Of a DNA stretch of 64,000 bases, positions 21,712 to 31,752 are shown piece after piece. Numbering within the stretch: position 1 is the stretch's first letter; each line of letters begins with the position of its first letter. This DNA is from Spirochaetia bacterium. GTDB taxonomy: Bacteria; Spirochaetota; Spirochaetia; WTKD01; G963693115. The stretch is taken from positions 832,001 to 896,000 of the forward strand of contig CBDDCA010000006.1 in the NCBI GenBank assembly GCA_965226055.1, read 5' to 3'. A program made the position numbers and the translations under genes. The notes beneath the pieces are model-generated. The model searched no databases and was not told the DNA's origin. It saw only the letters and a list, made by a program, of their open reading frames with translations.

Positions 21712-22614
21712 TTATTCTAAAGATAAATTCTCCTCTGTTTCTCCCTGTAATTTTGATGGGGGGATTATAGAATCTTCATCAATGATGGTGTCTGTAATAA
21801 CAATATTCTCTAGATCTTGTAGGTATTTTTTTCGTTTTGCTTGTAAGTTATAGTGTTTAGGAGCAAAACGTAGGGCATGAAATACTGATATAGTAAAATG
21901 CACTACTTTTCTCTCTTCTCCTGATAATTCATCCGCTATCCATGCGACCTTTTCGACACTGGTATTGGTAATAGCCATAGTTGATTGGTCTAGGCGATCA
22001 ATAAATAAAAGGTATGGCTCATTCGCATCAATTATTGAAAGTGCTGTAGGAGAATATTGTTTATACTCACTTGTCATAATATAAACGTTATTACTTGTTA
22101 CAATTTCTGCCACTAACTCGTAACTGGGAGTAAAATAGGCAATGAGACGTATCTCATTATCAGAGGGATCGTTTCCAAAAAAAGCAACGATAAAATAATC
22201 AGATATGATATCTTCTTTGTTTGTTAGTGCATATCCGAGATTAGAAAGACGGAGAGGTTCTTTTAAGAATACTTCAAACCCTGTAACTTGAAAGTCTTGA
22301 TCTGCTTCGTTTATTAAAGTATATTTGAGTTGGTTTGAAGTGCGTATATAGTTAATAACTGCTTGTTGCATAAGATTTCCTAACATAGGATTTCGTATTA
22401 CTCCACGCATTTTCCAATCTTGGAGAATATAACTGATAAATCCTTCCCCAGGATAAGAAGGACCTAGTAGGGGAGATTCAGTAAAAAATATATCTTCTTG
22501 AAAATAATCTTCTATTTGTTGAGAATATACAAAGGACGATATACACAACAAGAAAATGGAAGTATACAGCAAAGAGAAAGAATACATGCGTGTATATGAT
22601 GCTAGATATTTCAT
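21712..22614 (-). CDS. Hypothetical exported protein
   Basis: 300-aa ORF with N-terminal signal-like segment; 4-nt overlap with the upstream gene. Confidence 0.7.
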   Translation of the reverse strand: MKYLASYTRMYSFSLLYTSIFLLCISSFVYSQQIEDYFQEDIFFTESPLLGPSYPGEGFISYILQDWKMRGVIRNPMLGNLMQQAVINYIRTSNQLKYTLINEADQDFQVTGFEVFLKEPLRLSNLGYALTNKEDIISDYFIVAFFGNDPSDNEIRLIAYFTPSYELVAEIVTSNNVYIMTSEYKQYSPTALSIIDANEPYLLFIDRLDQSTMAITNTSVEKVAWIADELSGEERKVVHFTISVFHALRFAPKHYNLQAKRKKYLQDLENIVITDTIIDEDSIIPPSKLQGETEENLSLE

Positions 22615-23309
22615 ATGATTGGGTACTGAGAACTTCTTTCGTATGTTGATAAAAAGAGAATAGTAATTACTATTATTCTTCTTAGATCAGCATTATAAAT
22701 ATCAGGTGCAATGAAAACAGATGGAGGGTTTGTGTTGTTGAATAATGCAACAAGATTATTTTGATAGTACAAAGTAAATCCTGTTTCTGTATAATGTTTT
22801 CCTTGTGATTGATAAAAAAATTCATCTCCTTTAATATCTAAAAAATAATTCTTTCTTGTTGATTTTCCGCTCATTACCCTTGTATTTTTATCAGATATAA
22901 GGGATATAGTAAATGGAAACTCAGATTGAGCAGTTTTTCCGTAAAAAACACCAGAACGTGGAGCATTTAATAAAAAGCCATCTCGTGTATAAATGAAAAG
23001 AGATTCTGCATTTATTATATCATCAGTAGGATCTATAATTGAAAATGACTTTCTTATTCTATTTACTAATTTTCCAGGAAAATTGGTTTTTCCTTGTTCG
23101 GTGGTATTAAATTTTGTTATGTTGTTTGTAGAAAATCCAAATAGTTCAAGTTGTTCTATTGTATCAAAATTCACCTTGTATTGTATTTCTACTTCTTCTA
23201 ATCCTGCTTTTAATGCTCTTGTGTACATTGATGAATATTTGACTGAGGTGCAAGAAAAAAGTAAAAATGATACTATGAGAACATATGATGATCGTGCAAA
23301 AAATGACAT
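22611..23309 (-). CDS. Hypothetical lipoprotein
   Basis: Spirochaetal-type lipobox LLFSC at residue 19. Confidence 0.72.
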   Translation of the reverse strand: MSFFARSSYVLIVSFLLFSCTSVKYSSMYTRALKAGLEEVEIQYKVNFDTIEQLELFGFSTNNITKFNTTEQGKTNFPGKLVNRIRKSFSIIDPTDDIINAESLFIYTRDGFLLNAPRSGVFYGKTAQSEFPFTISLISDKNTRVMSGKSTRKNYFLDIKGDEFFYQSQGKHYTETGFTLYYQNNLVALFNNTNPPSVFIAPDIYNADLRRIIVITILFLSTYERSSQYPII

Positions 23310-24997
23310 ATACTAATAGTATATGCAAAAAACAAAATTTTTCAAAGGGGGGAGTATTACTCTCTACTCGTGTTTTTTGTGTGGGAATCATCTTTCTTAT
23401 GTTGCTTGTTTTTCAGGGATACGCATATACGAGACAAGATAATCAAAGACAAACATTTGACAATATAAAAGATTTATCAGATACTGTGCATATAGCTCTG
23501 TATGGACACGATTTTAGTATCAATTTCTATAAAGGGTTGAGTAACCTAGAAAGTCATATACAAACAGCGTTGTTTAGTGGACTGGTTACTTTAGATGCTA
23601 CTACACTTAGCATTCAAAATAACCTTGCTGCTTCATGGTTTGTAAACGATGATGCAACAGAATACACATTTCATCTTAGGACAAATGCTGTGTTTTCTGA
23701 TGGAACAACAGTTACTGCAAGAGATGTAAAAGAGTCATGGCTCACTATTTTGCGTTCTCATTCTGGTTTTAGTTATTTACTTGAACCAATAGTGGGAGTA
23801 CTACAGTATCAAGCTGGAAAGCTCTCTATTGAAGACATAGGAATTGATGTTGTATCAGATAAAACAGTACGGGTACGACTTGAACGACCAAATAGTGAAT
23901 TTATTAAAATTATTGCACACAGTGTATTTTCAATAACAAAGGCAAATTTTTCAAAGCTGGATAATTGGGAAAGTATGATTTCCTTGATTCCCTATTCGGG
24001 ACCCTATGTTATCAGTGAAATGAATGATGACTATATTTTGTTACAGAAAAATCAGGTATATTGGGCAAAGGAGTTTGTGCAATCAGAATATGTTGTATTA
24101 CATTTTTATGAAAGTGATGAAGAAGAGAAGTTAGTAGAAGATTTTTTGTACGGAAATATACATTGGTCTACTTTTAGTGTTGATAACAAGCAGATTGATA
24201 CATCGTGGTTATATATCAATCCAATATTTGGTACATCATATCTTTTTTTTCGTACTGCACAAGCACCGTGGAATAACGCAGAAGTCCGTACTGCAATACG
24301 TCTTCTTATTCCATTTGATGATATACGCAATAATGACTATAGTTTTCCTGCAACTACGCTTGTTCCTTATTTATATGATTACTATGATCCTCCCGAAGTG
24401 GAAAGTAAACAGGATATTGAAAAAGCATTGATGATGCTAGAAGAAGCAGGGTATCCTGAAGGAAAAGGATTGCCTCCATTAGTGATATTGGTCCCTACAT
24501 TTAATGATGAGTATAGTGAAATATTTGATACAATAAAATCGTATATTGAAGATACCTCAAGTATTGTTGTAGACATTCAAACACGCCCTAGTGATGAATA
24601 CTTGTCTTCACTCAGCACTGATGATTTTGTGATAGGCTCTTATGATTGGATAGGAGATTACGTGAGTCCTGCTGCGTTTCTTCAAATGTGGGTAAGTCCT
24701 AATAATAATTTAGGGCATAGCTATAATAACGAAGAATACAGAGAAGCATATAAACAGGCAATGTCTATCAATGATGACGATGATGATAAATTGACTGCAT
24801 TACAAGATACAGAACGAATATTACTTGAAACAACCGTAGTAATTCCGCTTAACCATTTATACGCAGTAAATATGATTCGCTATGACATACTGGAAGGATG
24901 GGAAGAAAATATTTTAGATCAGCATCATTTTGCGCTACTTTCTCAACAAGAAGCAATTCCTATTCCTTTTATTACAAAGCTATTACAAAAAAAATAA
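23303..24997 (+). CDS. Peptide ABC transporter substrate-binding protein (OppA-like); start uncertain
   Basis: LFSGLV, LAASW, YTFHLR..FSDGTTVTA, SGPY, W.GDY..P, VIPL. Confidence 0.85.
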   Translation: MTYTNSICKKQNFSKGGVLLSTRVFCVGIIFLMLLVFQGYAYTRQDNQRQTFDNIKDLSDTVHIALYGHDFSINFYKGLSNLESHIQTALFSGLVTLDATTLSIQNNLAASWFVNDDATEYTFHLRTNAVFSDGTTVTARDVKESWLTILRSHSGFSYLLEPIVGVLQYQAGKLSIEDIGIDVVSDKTVRVRLERPNSEFIKIIAHSVFSITKANFSKLDNWESMISLIPYSGPYVISEMNDDYILLQKNQVYWAKEFVQSEYVVLHFYESDEEEKLVEDFLYGNIHWSTFSVDNKQIDTSWLYINPIFGTSYLFFRTAQAPWNNAEVRTAIRLLIPFDDIRNNDYSFPATTLVPYLYDYYDPPEVESKQDIEKALMMLEEAGYPEGKGLPPLVILVPTFNDEYSEIFDTIKSYIEDTSSIVVDIQTRPSDEYLSSLSTDDFVIGSYDWIGDYVSPAAFLQMWVSPNNNLGHSYNNEEYREAYKQAMSINDDDDDKLTALQDTERILLETTVVIPLNHLYAVNMIRYDILEGWEENILDQHHFALLSQQEAIPIPFITKLLQKK

Positions 24998-25039
24998 TCG
25001 TGTAGCATACAAAGATTTGCTTTTTCTTACTTTCTTGTT

Positions 25040-25065
25040 TGTTGCATGTAATGCTTGAACTCTTG
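25040..25065. mobile_element. Degenerate solo IS30 end
   Basis: tgttgcatgtaatgcttgaactcttg, 22/26 match to the IR. Confidence 0.65.
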
Positions 25066-25160
25066 CAGTGTACTTGCATAATATATATTAATAGCATATA
25101 TTGTATAATAGTGGTATGTCTTAAAAAGTATCATATCCAACATTAAATAAGGAGGAACTT

Positions 25161-25517
25161 ATGTTTACACAATTACCAACAGGTGGTGGATCTGGAGATA
25201 GCTGGAAAGAAGCAGGTGGAATACTACTTATTACTGGTGCAGTTGCTCTTGGTATCATCATTAAGGGTGCTGCCGACAATGTAAATACTGAAGAGACGGC
25301 AGATGCGAAAGAATACGCTGCAAAAAAAGACGCAGATGCGAAAGAATACGCTGCAAAAAAAGACGCAGATGCGAAAGAATACGCTACAAAGAAAGACGCA
25401 GAAGCGGAAGCAGAAGCTATTAAGATAAAAGCAGAAGCGGAAGCCAATGCTATTAAGACAAAAGCAAGAGCAGAAGCAGAAGCTATTAAGCTGAAAAAGC
25501 AAGCGGAAGCTAGCTAA
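25161..25517 (+). CDS. Small membrane-anchored coiled-coil protein with 11-aa repeats
   Basis: SD AAGGAGG, one TM segment, ADAKEYAAKKD x3 then AEAEAEAIKIK-like x3, own terminator. Confidence 0.8.
   Translation: MFTQLPTGGGSGDSWKEAGGILLITGAVALGIIIKGAADNVNTEETADAKEYAAKKDADAKEYAAKKDADAKEYATKKDAEAEAEAIKIKAEAEANAIKTKARAEAEAIKLKKQAEAS
25299..25496 (+). repeat. 33-bp tandem repeats (two sets of three)
   Basis: gcagatgcgaaagaatacgctgcaaaaaaagac x3, then gcagaagcggaagcagaagctattaagataaaa-like x3. Confidence 0.88.
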
Positions 25518-25562
25518 GTTACAAAGATTATCCCAATTAGTCTCATACATCTTTTAATAGCG

Positions 25563-25592
25563 AAAGAGAGCAGTAGTAATTGCTCTCTTTTT
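25563..25592 (+). terminator. Intrinsic terminator
   Basis: aaagagagcagt...ttgctctcttttt. Confidence 0.75.
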
Positions 25593-25620
25593 CATTATTA
25601 TAATATCACTTGAGTTCACA

Positions 25621-25664
25621 CCCTACCGAAGCCTTTGCTGTCGCATTTAGTCCTTGAACCGCAT
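25621..25664. mobile_element. Solo IS30 right end
   Basis: ccctaccgaagcctttgctgtcgcatttagtccttgaacc matches 11340-11380, including the transposase tail codons. Confidence 0.85.
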
Positions 25665-25718
25665 CCTATACAACAAACAGTGAAAAAATAAATATAAATA
25701 TACTATACTGTAAAACAT

Positions 25719-27764
25719 ATGAACACAAAGCAAGATACTCCTCAATCAGTTGATTTGCGTCATCATGCTATGATGCAGTATAGTCCTATGACCGTAGTGT
25801 CTCAGTTTGAGCCTGCTGGAGATCAGCCAAAAGCCATTGATGAGCTTAGTAAAGGAATAGAAAATGGCAAAAAATTTCAAATACTAAAAGGGGTTACTGG
25901 TTCGGGAAAAACATTTACTATGGCAAAAACCATAGAAAAGTTACAGAAACCAACTCTTATTATTTCTCATAACAAGACACTTGCTGCTCAGTTATATCGT
26001 GAATTTAAGGAATTTTTTCCTAACAATGCAGTGGAATATTTTGTATCATACTATGATTACTATCAACCTGAAGCCTATGTGCCAGGAAGAGATCTCTATA
26101 TTGAGAAAGATGCCTTAATCAATGATGAAATTGATCGTTTGCGTTTATCAGCAACAACGAGTTTATATTCACGAAATGATGTAATTATTGTAGCAACAGT
26201 CTCTTGTATTTTTGGTTTAGGAAATCCCACTGATTATCAGAATATGACAGTAGTGGTACAAGTAAAAGAGGAGCTTGATATTATAAAGCTAAGAGAGAAA
26301 CTCATTTCTTTACAGTATAGTCGAAATGATGCTGTGCTAGAACGAGGAAATTTTCGTATACAAGATGAAGTAATTGATATTTATCCTGCATATGAAGAAT
26401 GTATATACAGAATAGTGCTTGATTGGGATACAGTAACAGCAATCTATAAACTACATACAGTCACACAAGAAGTGATAAAACAACAGGATAAGTTATGGGT
26501 ATTTCCTGCAAAGCATTTTGTTACTACAAGCGAAAAAATAAAAGGAGTATCAAAAAAAATTAAACAAGAGCTAGATATACAATATAAAAAATTATTGGAT
26601 ACAGGAGACATAGTAGCAGCTGAGCGTCTTAAATCTCGTACTGAATATGACATAGAGATGTTGCTAGGATTAGGATCTTGTACTGGTATTGAAAATTATT
26701 CTCGTTATTTATCAGGGCGAGAAGAAGGAGAACGTCCATCGGTATTACTTGATTATTTTCCTTCTAATTATTTATTGTTTATTGATGAATCTCATGTTAC
26801 CATTCCACAGGTTGGGGCGATGTATGAGGGGGATAGAGCACGCAAAGAAAATCTTGTAAAATATGGGTTTCGGTTACCCTCTGCAAAAGATAATCGTCCT
26901 CTTACCTTTAAGGAGTTTGAAAGTATCATTCCACAATGTACTTTTGTTTCTGCTACTCCTGGCAAATATGAACTGCAAACTACCCAAGATGTAATAGAAC
27001 AAGTGGTGCGTCCTACGGGACTTCTTGACCCTAAAATAACCGTGCTTCCTACGAAAGGACAAATAGATGATTTAATTTTTAGAATTAAAGATTGTATTAA
27101 AAAAAATGAGCGAGTACTTGTTACCACATTGACAAAAAAAATGTCAGAGCAGCTGAGTGATTATCTTAATGATGTAGGCTTTAAGGTGGAATACTTGCAT
27201 TCTGAAATTGAAACAGTAGAACGTGTTGAAATTCTTACGCGTTTACGACAAGGAACAACTGAGGTAGTGGTAGGTATTAACCTATTGCGTGAAGGAATAG
27301 ATTTGCCAGAAGTATCATTAGTAGCCATATTTGATGCAGATAAGATAGGATTTTTACGATCAACGCGTTCACTCATACAGACGATAGGGAGAGCAGCACG
27401 TCATATACATGGGCAAGTAGTCATGTATGCTGATAAGGAAAGTGATGCAATGAAAGAAGCTATTGAAGAAACTGAAAGAAGGCGAGCATTACAGCATGCC
27501 TTTAATGAAAAGCATGGACTACAACCGAAAAGCATACAGAAAGCAGTGAAAGATATTTTGGTACGCAGTACGCTTATAAAACAAGATGCTACAGAGGAAA
27601 CAGTGCGTGTATTAAAAGAGTCGCATAATCTTCTTGTAGAAAAAGATCGTAAAAAGCTCATTAAAGCGTTAGAAAAGCAAATGCGTGAACATGCAGAACG
27701 CCTTGAATTTGAAGAAGCACGCATACTTCGAGATGAAATACAAGAAATAAAAAAGATGAAATAG
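25719..27764 (+). CDS. uvrB: Excinuclease ABC subunit B
   Basis: GVTGSGKTFT, YYDYYQPEAY, DESH, GINLLREG, C-terminal UVR domain. Confidence 0.97.
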   Translation: MNTKQDTPQSVDLRHHAMMQYSPMTVVSQFEPAGDQPKAIDELSKGIENGKKFQILKGVTGSGKTFTMAKTIEKLQKPTLIISHNKTLAAQLYREFKEFFPNNAVEYFVSYYDYYQPEAYVPGRDLYIEKDALINDEIDRLRLSATTSLYSRNDVIIVATVSCIFGLGNPTDYQNMTVVVQVKEELDIIKLREKLISLQYSRNDAVLERGNFRIQDEVIDIYPAYEECIYRIVLDWDTVTAIYKLHTVTQEVIKQQDKLWVFPAKHFVTTSEKIKGVSKKIKQELDIQYKKLLDTGDIVAAERLKSRTEYDIEMLLGLGSCTGIENYSRYLSGREEGERPSVLLDYFPSNYLLFIDESHVTIPQVGAMYEGDRARKENLVKYGFRLPSAKDNRPLTFKEFESIIPQCTFVSATPGKYELQTTQDVIEQVVRPTGLLDPKITVLPTKGQIDDLIFRIKDCIKKNERVLVTTLTKKMSEQLSDYLNDVGFKVEYLHSEIETVERVEILTRLRQGTTEVVVGINLLREGIDLPEVSLVAIFDADKIGFLRSTRSLIQTIGRAARHIHGQVVMYADKESDAMKEAIEETERRRALQHAFNEKHGLQPKSIQKAVKDILVRSTLIKQDATEETVRVLKESHNLLVEKDRKKLIKALEKQMREHAERLEFEEARILRDEIQEIKKMK

Positions 27765-27917
27765 TGACAGTATCACTTAGTATGCTTATTCTCTCTTCAT
27801 AACATATAACATTTTTTGTTAAAAGTACTTACTATACTGTTGCCAATATACTTTTTCGTTAGATTCTTTTTTTTGTTTTTTAACAATACAGCCTGATATA
27901 TAATATTCTTACTTCAT

Positions 27918-30179
27918 TTATATGTCAGTATTAAACAAGTCAAAATTATTGACAGTATTTTTCGCTTTCATATATAATTTATATTTTTTTCTTGCATTAC
28001 TACATATTTTTTCTTGTTTTTCTTTATCCATTTTAGGTATTCCCATATCCAATAAATCATAAAAATTTAATGATTGTCTTACAGAACCAAAACATCGTGT
28101 TATTATCTCTTCTTTCCCTTTTTTACTTTTGAGATATAAATAAACAAATTCAGGAAGAAAATCATTATTAAAAACTTCAAATGTTACATATGCAGAAGAA
28201 ACAGCTACTTTTTGATTAGTAGTATTGATGCCAATAGAACCAACATTTATTCTTGAAGGATTATAGCCTATATCATTTTTTCTGATAACTTTATATTTCT
28301 CGTTTGTTTTTGAGGTAACAGATATAAAATTTTCCCCCCAATAGTCCTCTCCTAATGTGATTCCATAAAATTCACTATTTGTAATAGAAGCTGTAGGATG
28401 TTCTTCTTCATTTTTAATATTCGTTTCTCTAATTATCTCTCTGAATTTAATGTGTCCTGTTGGAATTGATTTATCGTACCTAAAATATAGTAAGCTATAA
28501 TTTTCATCTTTTTTTATTTTATCATAAGGAATGTATTGAAGATTTTCATAAGAAATAGACTTAAATTCATCTAAATCATTTATTCCATCTTTTTTTCTTC
28601 TCCTTGTTGTTAATGTATATCCATCATTTTTTACTTTATAATAAAATACTTTATCAATAGGAGTATTGTTAAATCCCTGTAATACTAATATAGATGTTTT
28701 TGCATCAGCATAAGGCAAAAATACTCCAACAGGTAAAGAAATAATACCTTTTAATAAATTATTATCAATGATTTTTTTTCTTGTATTTTTGGAAGCACTG
28801 TTATTTAACAAACCTTCAGGAATAATTATAAATGCCCTTGCTGTTGGTTTATTATTCAAAGATTTCATGATATGTTCTATACATTGACTATTTCCATCAG
28901 TTGTATCATGTGTATAATATAATTCATTTTTATCAACTTCTAAATTAAAAGGTATATTTGAAATAACTACATCGTATAACCCTTCTACTGCATTTAATAG
29001 AGTATTTTGTTGAATAATATTACTATGTCCGTCTCCTGTTAAAATCATATTCATTTTAGATACCTTTGCTGTTGTTGATATTTCGGAACCAAAAAATGTA
29101 CTTTCTTTTAAGTCTTTTTTCACAGTTTCTGTAAAAATATTCTTATCTTGCAACTGTTTTTTTAATATATTGAAAGCTGATATTAATATTCCTCCTGTTC
29201 CACAAAAAGGATCATATACTTTTTCTCCATATGTAATATTTGCTAGCTCAACTAGAAAATTTACAATATGTCTGGGAGTAAAATACTCACCTAAATCTTT
29301 ATTGTTTGAATTATATTTTTGGATAAAATACTCAAAAGCATCTCCTTTTATATCTGTCTCTATACCAGATAAATTTAATTGATCTAATTTATTGATAATT
29401 TGTTTTAATGATTTTTTATCTCTTATCATAAGTTTTGTAAATAAACTATCTTCTTTTTGTCGATTAAAAATGTTTTCTAATTCTGTAATTACTATGTTAT
29501 TTATATAAGAATAGAGCTCATCTCCTGTTTTATTTTTATAACTATCCCATTTGATATGTTGAGGTATATTCTCTGTTATTACATCATTTTCTTCACTAAT
29601 CAGCTTAAGAAATAATAAATTAGTAAATTCTGTAAATCTTTCGATTCCTTTTTGTATTCCTGCTTTTCGTAATTTGTTATTAGCAAAAGCAAAAACGCTA
29701 ATTAAATCTTGTTTAGATTTAATTTCCAATTTTGTTTCTTTGATAAGATTGGGTGTATTCTCTCTTATATATTCTTTATATTGTTCTATTTCTAATATTT
29801 CTTTTACTTCGATTCCATCAATTTTTAATTCTTCTTTTTTCTTAACAAAAAAAGATTTTAAAGTAATACCATCAAATATTATTACTATCTCAGATTTTAG
29901 TTTTTTTGCATACCCTAATGCTTGCTCTAGAGTATCAATGAGATTCATGTTAGGCTTTTTGGTTTCTATTATTATATTAGGTTTTGTTTCATTTTCATAA
30001 AGATATATCATATAATCAGGTCTTTTCCCTTCTAATATAATAAATTCTTCCTCTGTTTTTGGGGATTGCATATAAACATTTCTATTAGGGTTACCAAAAT
30101 CATAGATATAATGTTTTTCTTTAAGATATTGTTCTAATAAATTTTCTATTTCCCTTTCTTGAACATTATTTTTTTGCAT
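27918..30179 (-). CDS. Single-chain restriction-modification protein (nuclease + amino-MTase + TRD; type IIG/IIC-like)
   Basis: N-terminal RPD...ETKK, GEYFTPRHI, motif I DPFCGTGG, motif IV NIPF, C-terminal HsdS-like TRD; very low GC. Confidence 0.85.
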   Translation of the reverse strand: MQKNNVQEREIENLLEQYLKEKHYIYDFGNPNRNVYMQSPKTEEEFIILEGKRPDYMIYLYENETKPNIIIETKKPNMNLIDTLEQALGYAKKLKSEIVIIFDGITLKSFFVKKKEELKIDGIEVKEILEIEQYKEYIRENTPNLIKETKLEIKSKQDLISVFAFANNKLRKAGIQKGIERFTEFTNLLFLKLISEENDVITENIPQHIKWDSYKNKTGDELYSYINNIVITELENIFNRQKEDSLFTKLMIRDKKSLKQIINKLDQLNLSGIETDIKGDAFEYFIQKYNSNNKDLGEYFTPRHIVNFLVELANITYGEKVYDPFCGTGGILISAFNILKKQLQDKNIFTETVKKDLKESTFFGSEISTTAKVSKMNMILTGDGHSNIIQQNTLLNAVEGLYDVVISNIPFNLEVDKNELYYTHDTTDGNSQCIEHIMKSLNNKPTARAFIIIPEGLLNNSASKNTRKKIIDNNLLKGIISLPVGVFLPYADAKTSILVLQGFNNTPIDKVFYYKVKNDGYTLTTRRRKKDGINDLDEFKSISYENLQYIPYDKIKKDENYSLLYFRYDKSIPTGHIKFREIIRETNIKNEEEHPTASITNSEFYGITLGEDYWGENFISVTSKTNEKYKVIRKNDIGYNPSRINVGSIGINTTNQKVAVSSAYVTFEVFNNDFLPEFVYLYLKSKKGKEEIITRCFGSVRQSLNFYDLLDMGIPKMDKEKQEKICSNARKKYKLYMKAKNTVNNFDLFNTDI

Positions 30180-30273
30180 TTTTGTCTCTCTTATGTTCTT
30201 TTTTATACTTGTTTGTTTGATTCGGTAGATTATTAAATTCTATTAGTATAGGTTTAATTATATTTTCTTTCAT
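30166..30273 (-). CDS. Putative 35-aa leader ORF overlapping the R-M start
   Basis: MKENIIKPILIEFNNLPNQTNKYKKEHKRDKNAKK; TATAAT 7 nt before ATG. Confidence 0.35.
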   Translation of the reverse strand: MKENIIKPILIEFNNLPNQTNKYKKEHKRDKNAKK

Positions 30274-30413
30274 ATAATATATTATACCTTTTTTGTATCT
30301 TAAAAACTCTCACTATCTTTATTCCATGTCGTACGCTTCTGTTATCATCGTTGTTTTGTGCATCTGTGAGTAATTACTTTATCATAGAATAGAGCATGCC
30401 TTTTATTCTTCTT

Positions 30414-30439
30414 TGTCGCACTTGCTCCTTGATCTTGCA
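30414..30439. mobile_element. Degenerate solo IS30 end
   Basis: tgtcgcacttgctccttgatcttgca, 19/26 match to the IR. Confidence 0.55.
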
Positions 30440-30457
30440 AAACACCTTAATGCATAC

Positions 30458-30486
30458 TTGTGAATTACTTATATGTATAGTACAAT
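30458..30486 (+). promoter_or_regulatory. Predicted sigma70 promoter of the mevalonate cluster
   Basis: TTGTGA-17 nt-TACAAT, 9 nt before the GTG start. Confidence 0.6.
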
Positions 30487-30495
30487 ATATACATA

Positions 30496-31752
30496 GTGAA
30501 GACGAAAGTAGGTATTGATAACATAGGATTTTATATTCCTAAACTAAAGGTAAGAATCAACAAAACAATAGAAGCTTTGTTCGGAAATAAACCAGAAGTA
30601 TTAGAACATATGTATAATGCAATAAAGACTACTGGACAGCAATTTATGCGAATAACGCAGAAATGGCAGGATTCTGTGTGTCTTGCAGCTGAATCTATCC
30701 TTGATGTGATTGATGAAGTTACCACTGATACACTACGATTTATTGCGTCTGCTACTGAAACATCAGTTGATGCATCTAAGCCCATTGCAGCATACTTGTT
30801 AGGCATACTAAAACAAGCAGGGTTTCAATTACCTAAAAATATGAGTGTATTTCAAACACAGCATGCATGTGCTGGAGGAACAATAAGTTTGTTTCAATGT
30901 ATAAGCATGATTTTAGCGTCAAAACAAGAAGCATCTGCATTAGTAACGATGTCCGATATTGCACGCTATGAAAAAGACAGCACCGCAGAAGTAACACAAG
31001 GGGCAGGAGCAGTATCATTATTTATTAGTAAAAATCCTCGCCTTATAGAGTTGCAAGCAGATACAGTAGGGTTATATGCAGAAGATACTGACGATTTTTT
31101 TCGTCCTATACATAGTATTACGGCTAGGGTACGTGGAAGATATTCAATGAGATGCTATCTTCAATCTGTGTATTCGGCATTATGCGATTATGCAAATAAC
31201 AGTGCTATGACAGTAGAAGAAGTGCTTGATGCTCACGACTACTTTTCGTTTCATTTACCATTTGCAAATATGTCAGTGATAGCGTTAGAGCATATTCTTA
31301 AAAGCAAACTCAAATGGAGTGCAGAGCAAATAGAAACATTTCTTGTTGATAAGCATATCCGACAATCAGCTGAAGGCATTGCTGCTATAGGAAATACATA
31401 TACTGCATCAACCTATTTTTCACTTGGCTATACCTTGTACAAAGAATATCAATCAATAAAAGAAAATATTGTAGGAAAGAAAATACTGTTGCTCACCTAT
31501 GGGTCAGGAAATACTTCTATTGTTATGTCAGGAACTATTTCTAGTGGAGCTCCTGATATAATACAAAAATGGTCTCTGCTCCAACAAATAGAAAAAGGCA
31601 TAGAAGTAGATGAGAAAAAATATCGTGAATGGCATAGTGCCAATGAGGTTATTCCACCGAGTGATACCGATACATCACAATTATCACAGAAGGAAGTATA
31701 CCTAAAGCAATTACGTGAAGATGGGTATCGTTTATATACACAGGCTTCATGA
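30496..31752 (+). CDS. mvaS: Hydroxymethylglutaryl-CoA synthase
   Basis: ATET, QHACAGG, SDIARY, TQGAGAV, DFFRP, FHLPF, GNTYTAS, YGSG. Confidence 0.93.
   Translation: MKTKVGIDNIGFYIPKLKVRINKTIEALFGNKPEVLEHMYNAIKTTGQQFMRITQKWQDSVCLAAESILDVIDEVTTDTLRFIASATETSVDASKPIAAYLLGILKQAGFQLPKNMSVFQTQHACAGGTISLFQCISMILASKQEASALVTMSDIARYEKDSTAEVTQGAGAVSLFISKNPRLIELQADTVGLYAEDTDDFFRPIHSITARVRGRYSMRCYLQSVYSALCDYANNSAMTVEEVLDAHDYFSFHLPFANMSVIALEHILKSKLKWSAEQIETFLVDKHIRQSAEGIAAIGNTYTASTYFSLGYTLYKEYQSIKENIVGKKILLLTYGSGNTSIVMSGTISSGAPDIIQKWSLLQQIEKGIEVDEKKYREWHSANEVIPPSDTDTSQLSQKEVYLKQLREDGYRLYTQAS

Noticed and set aside
25121-25550. Minus-strand repeat ORFs (ASASFFAAYSF / FFRICVFFCSV)
   Set aside because: Shadows of the plus-strand gene, which has the SD and terminator
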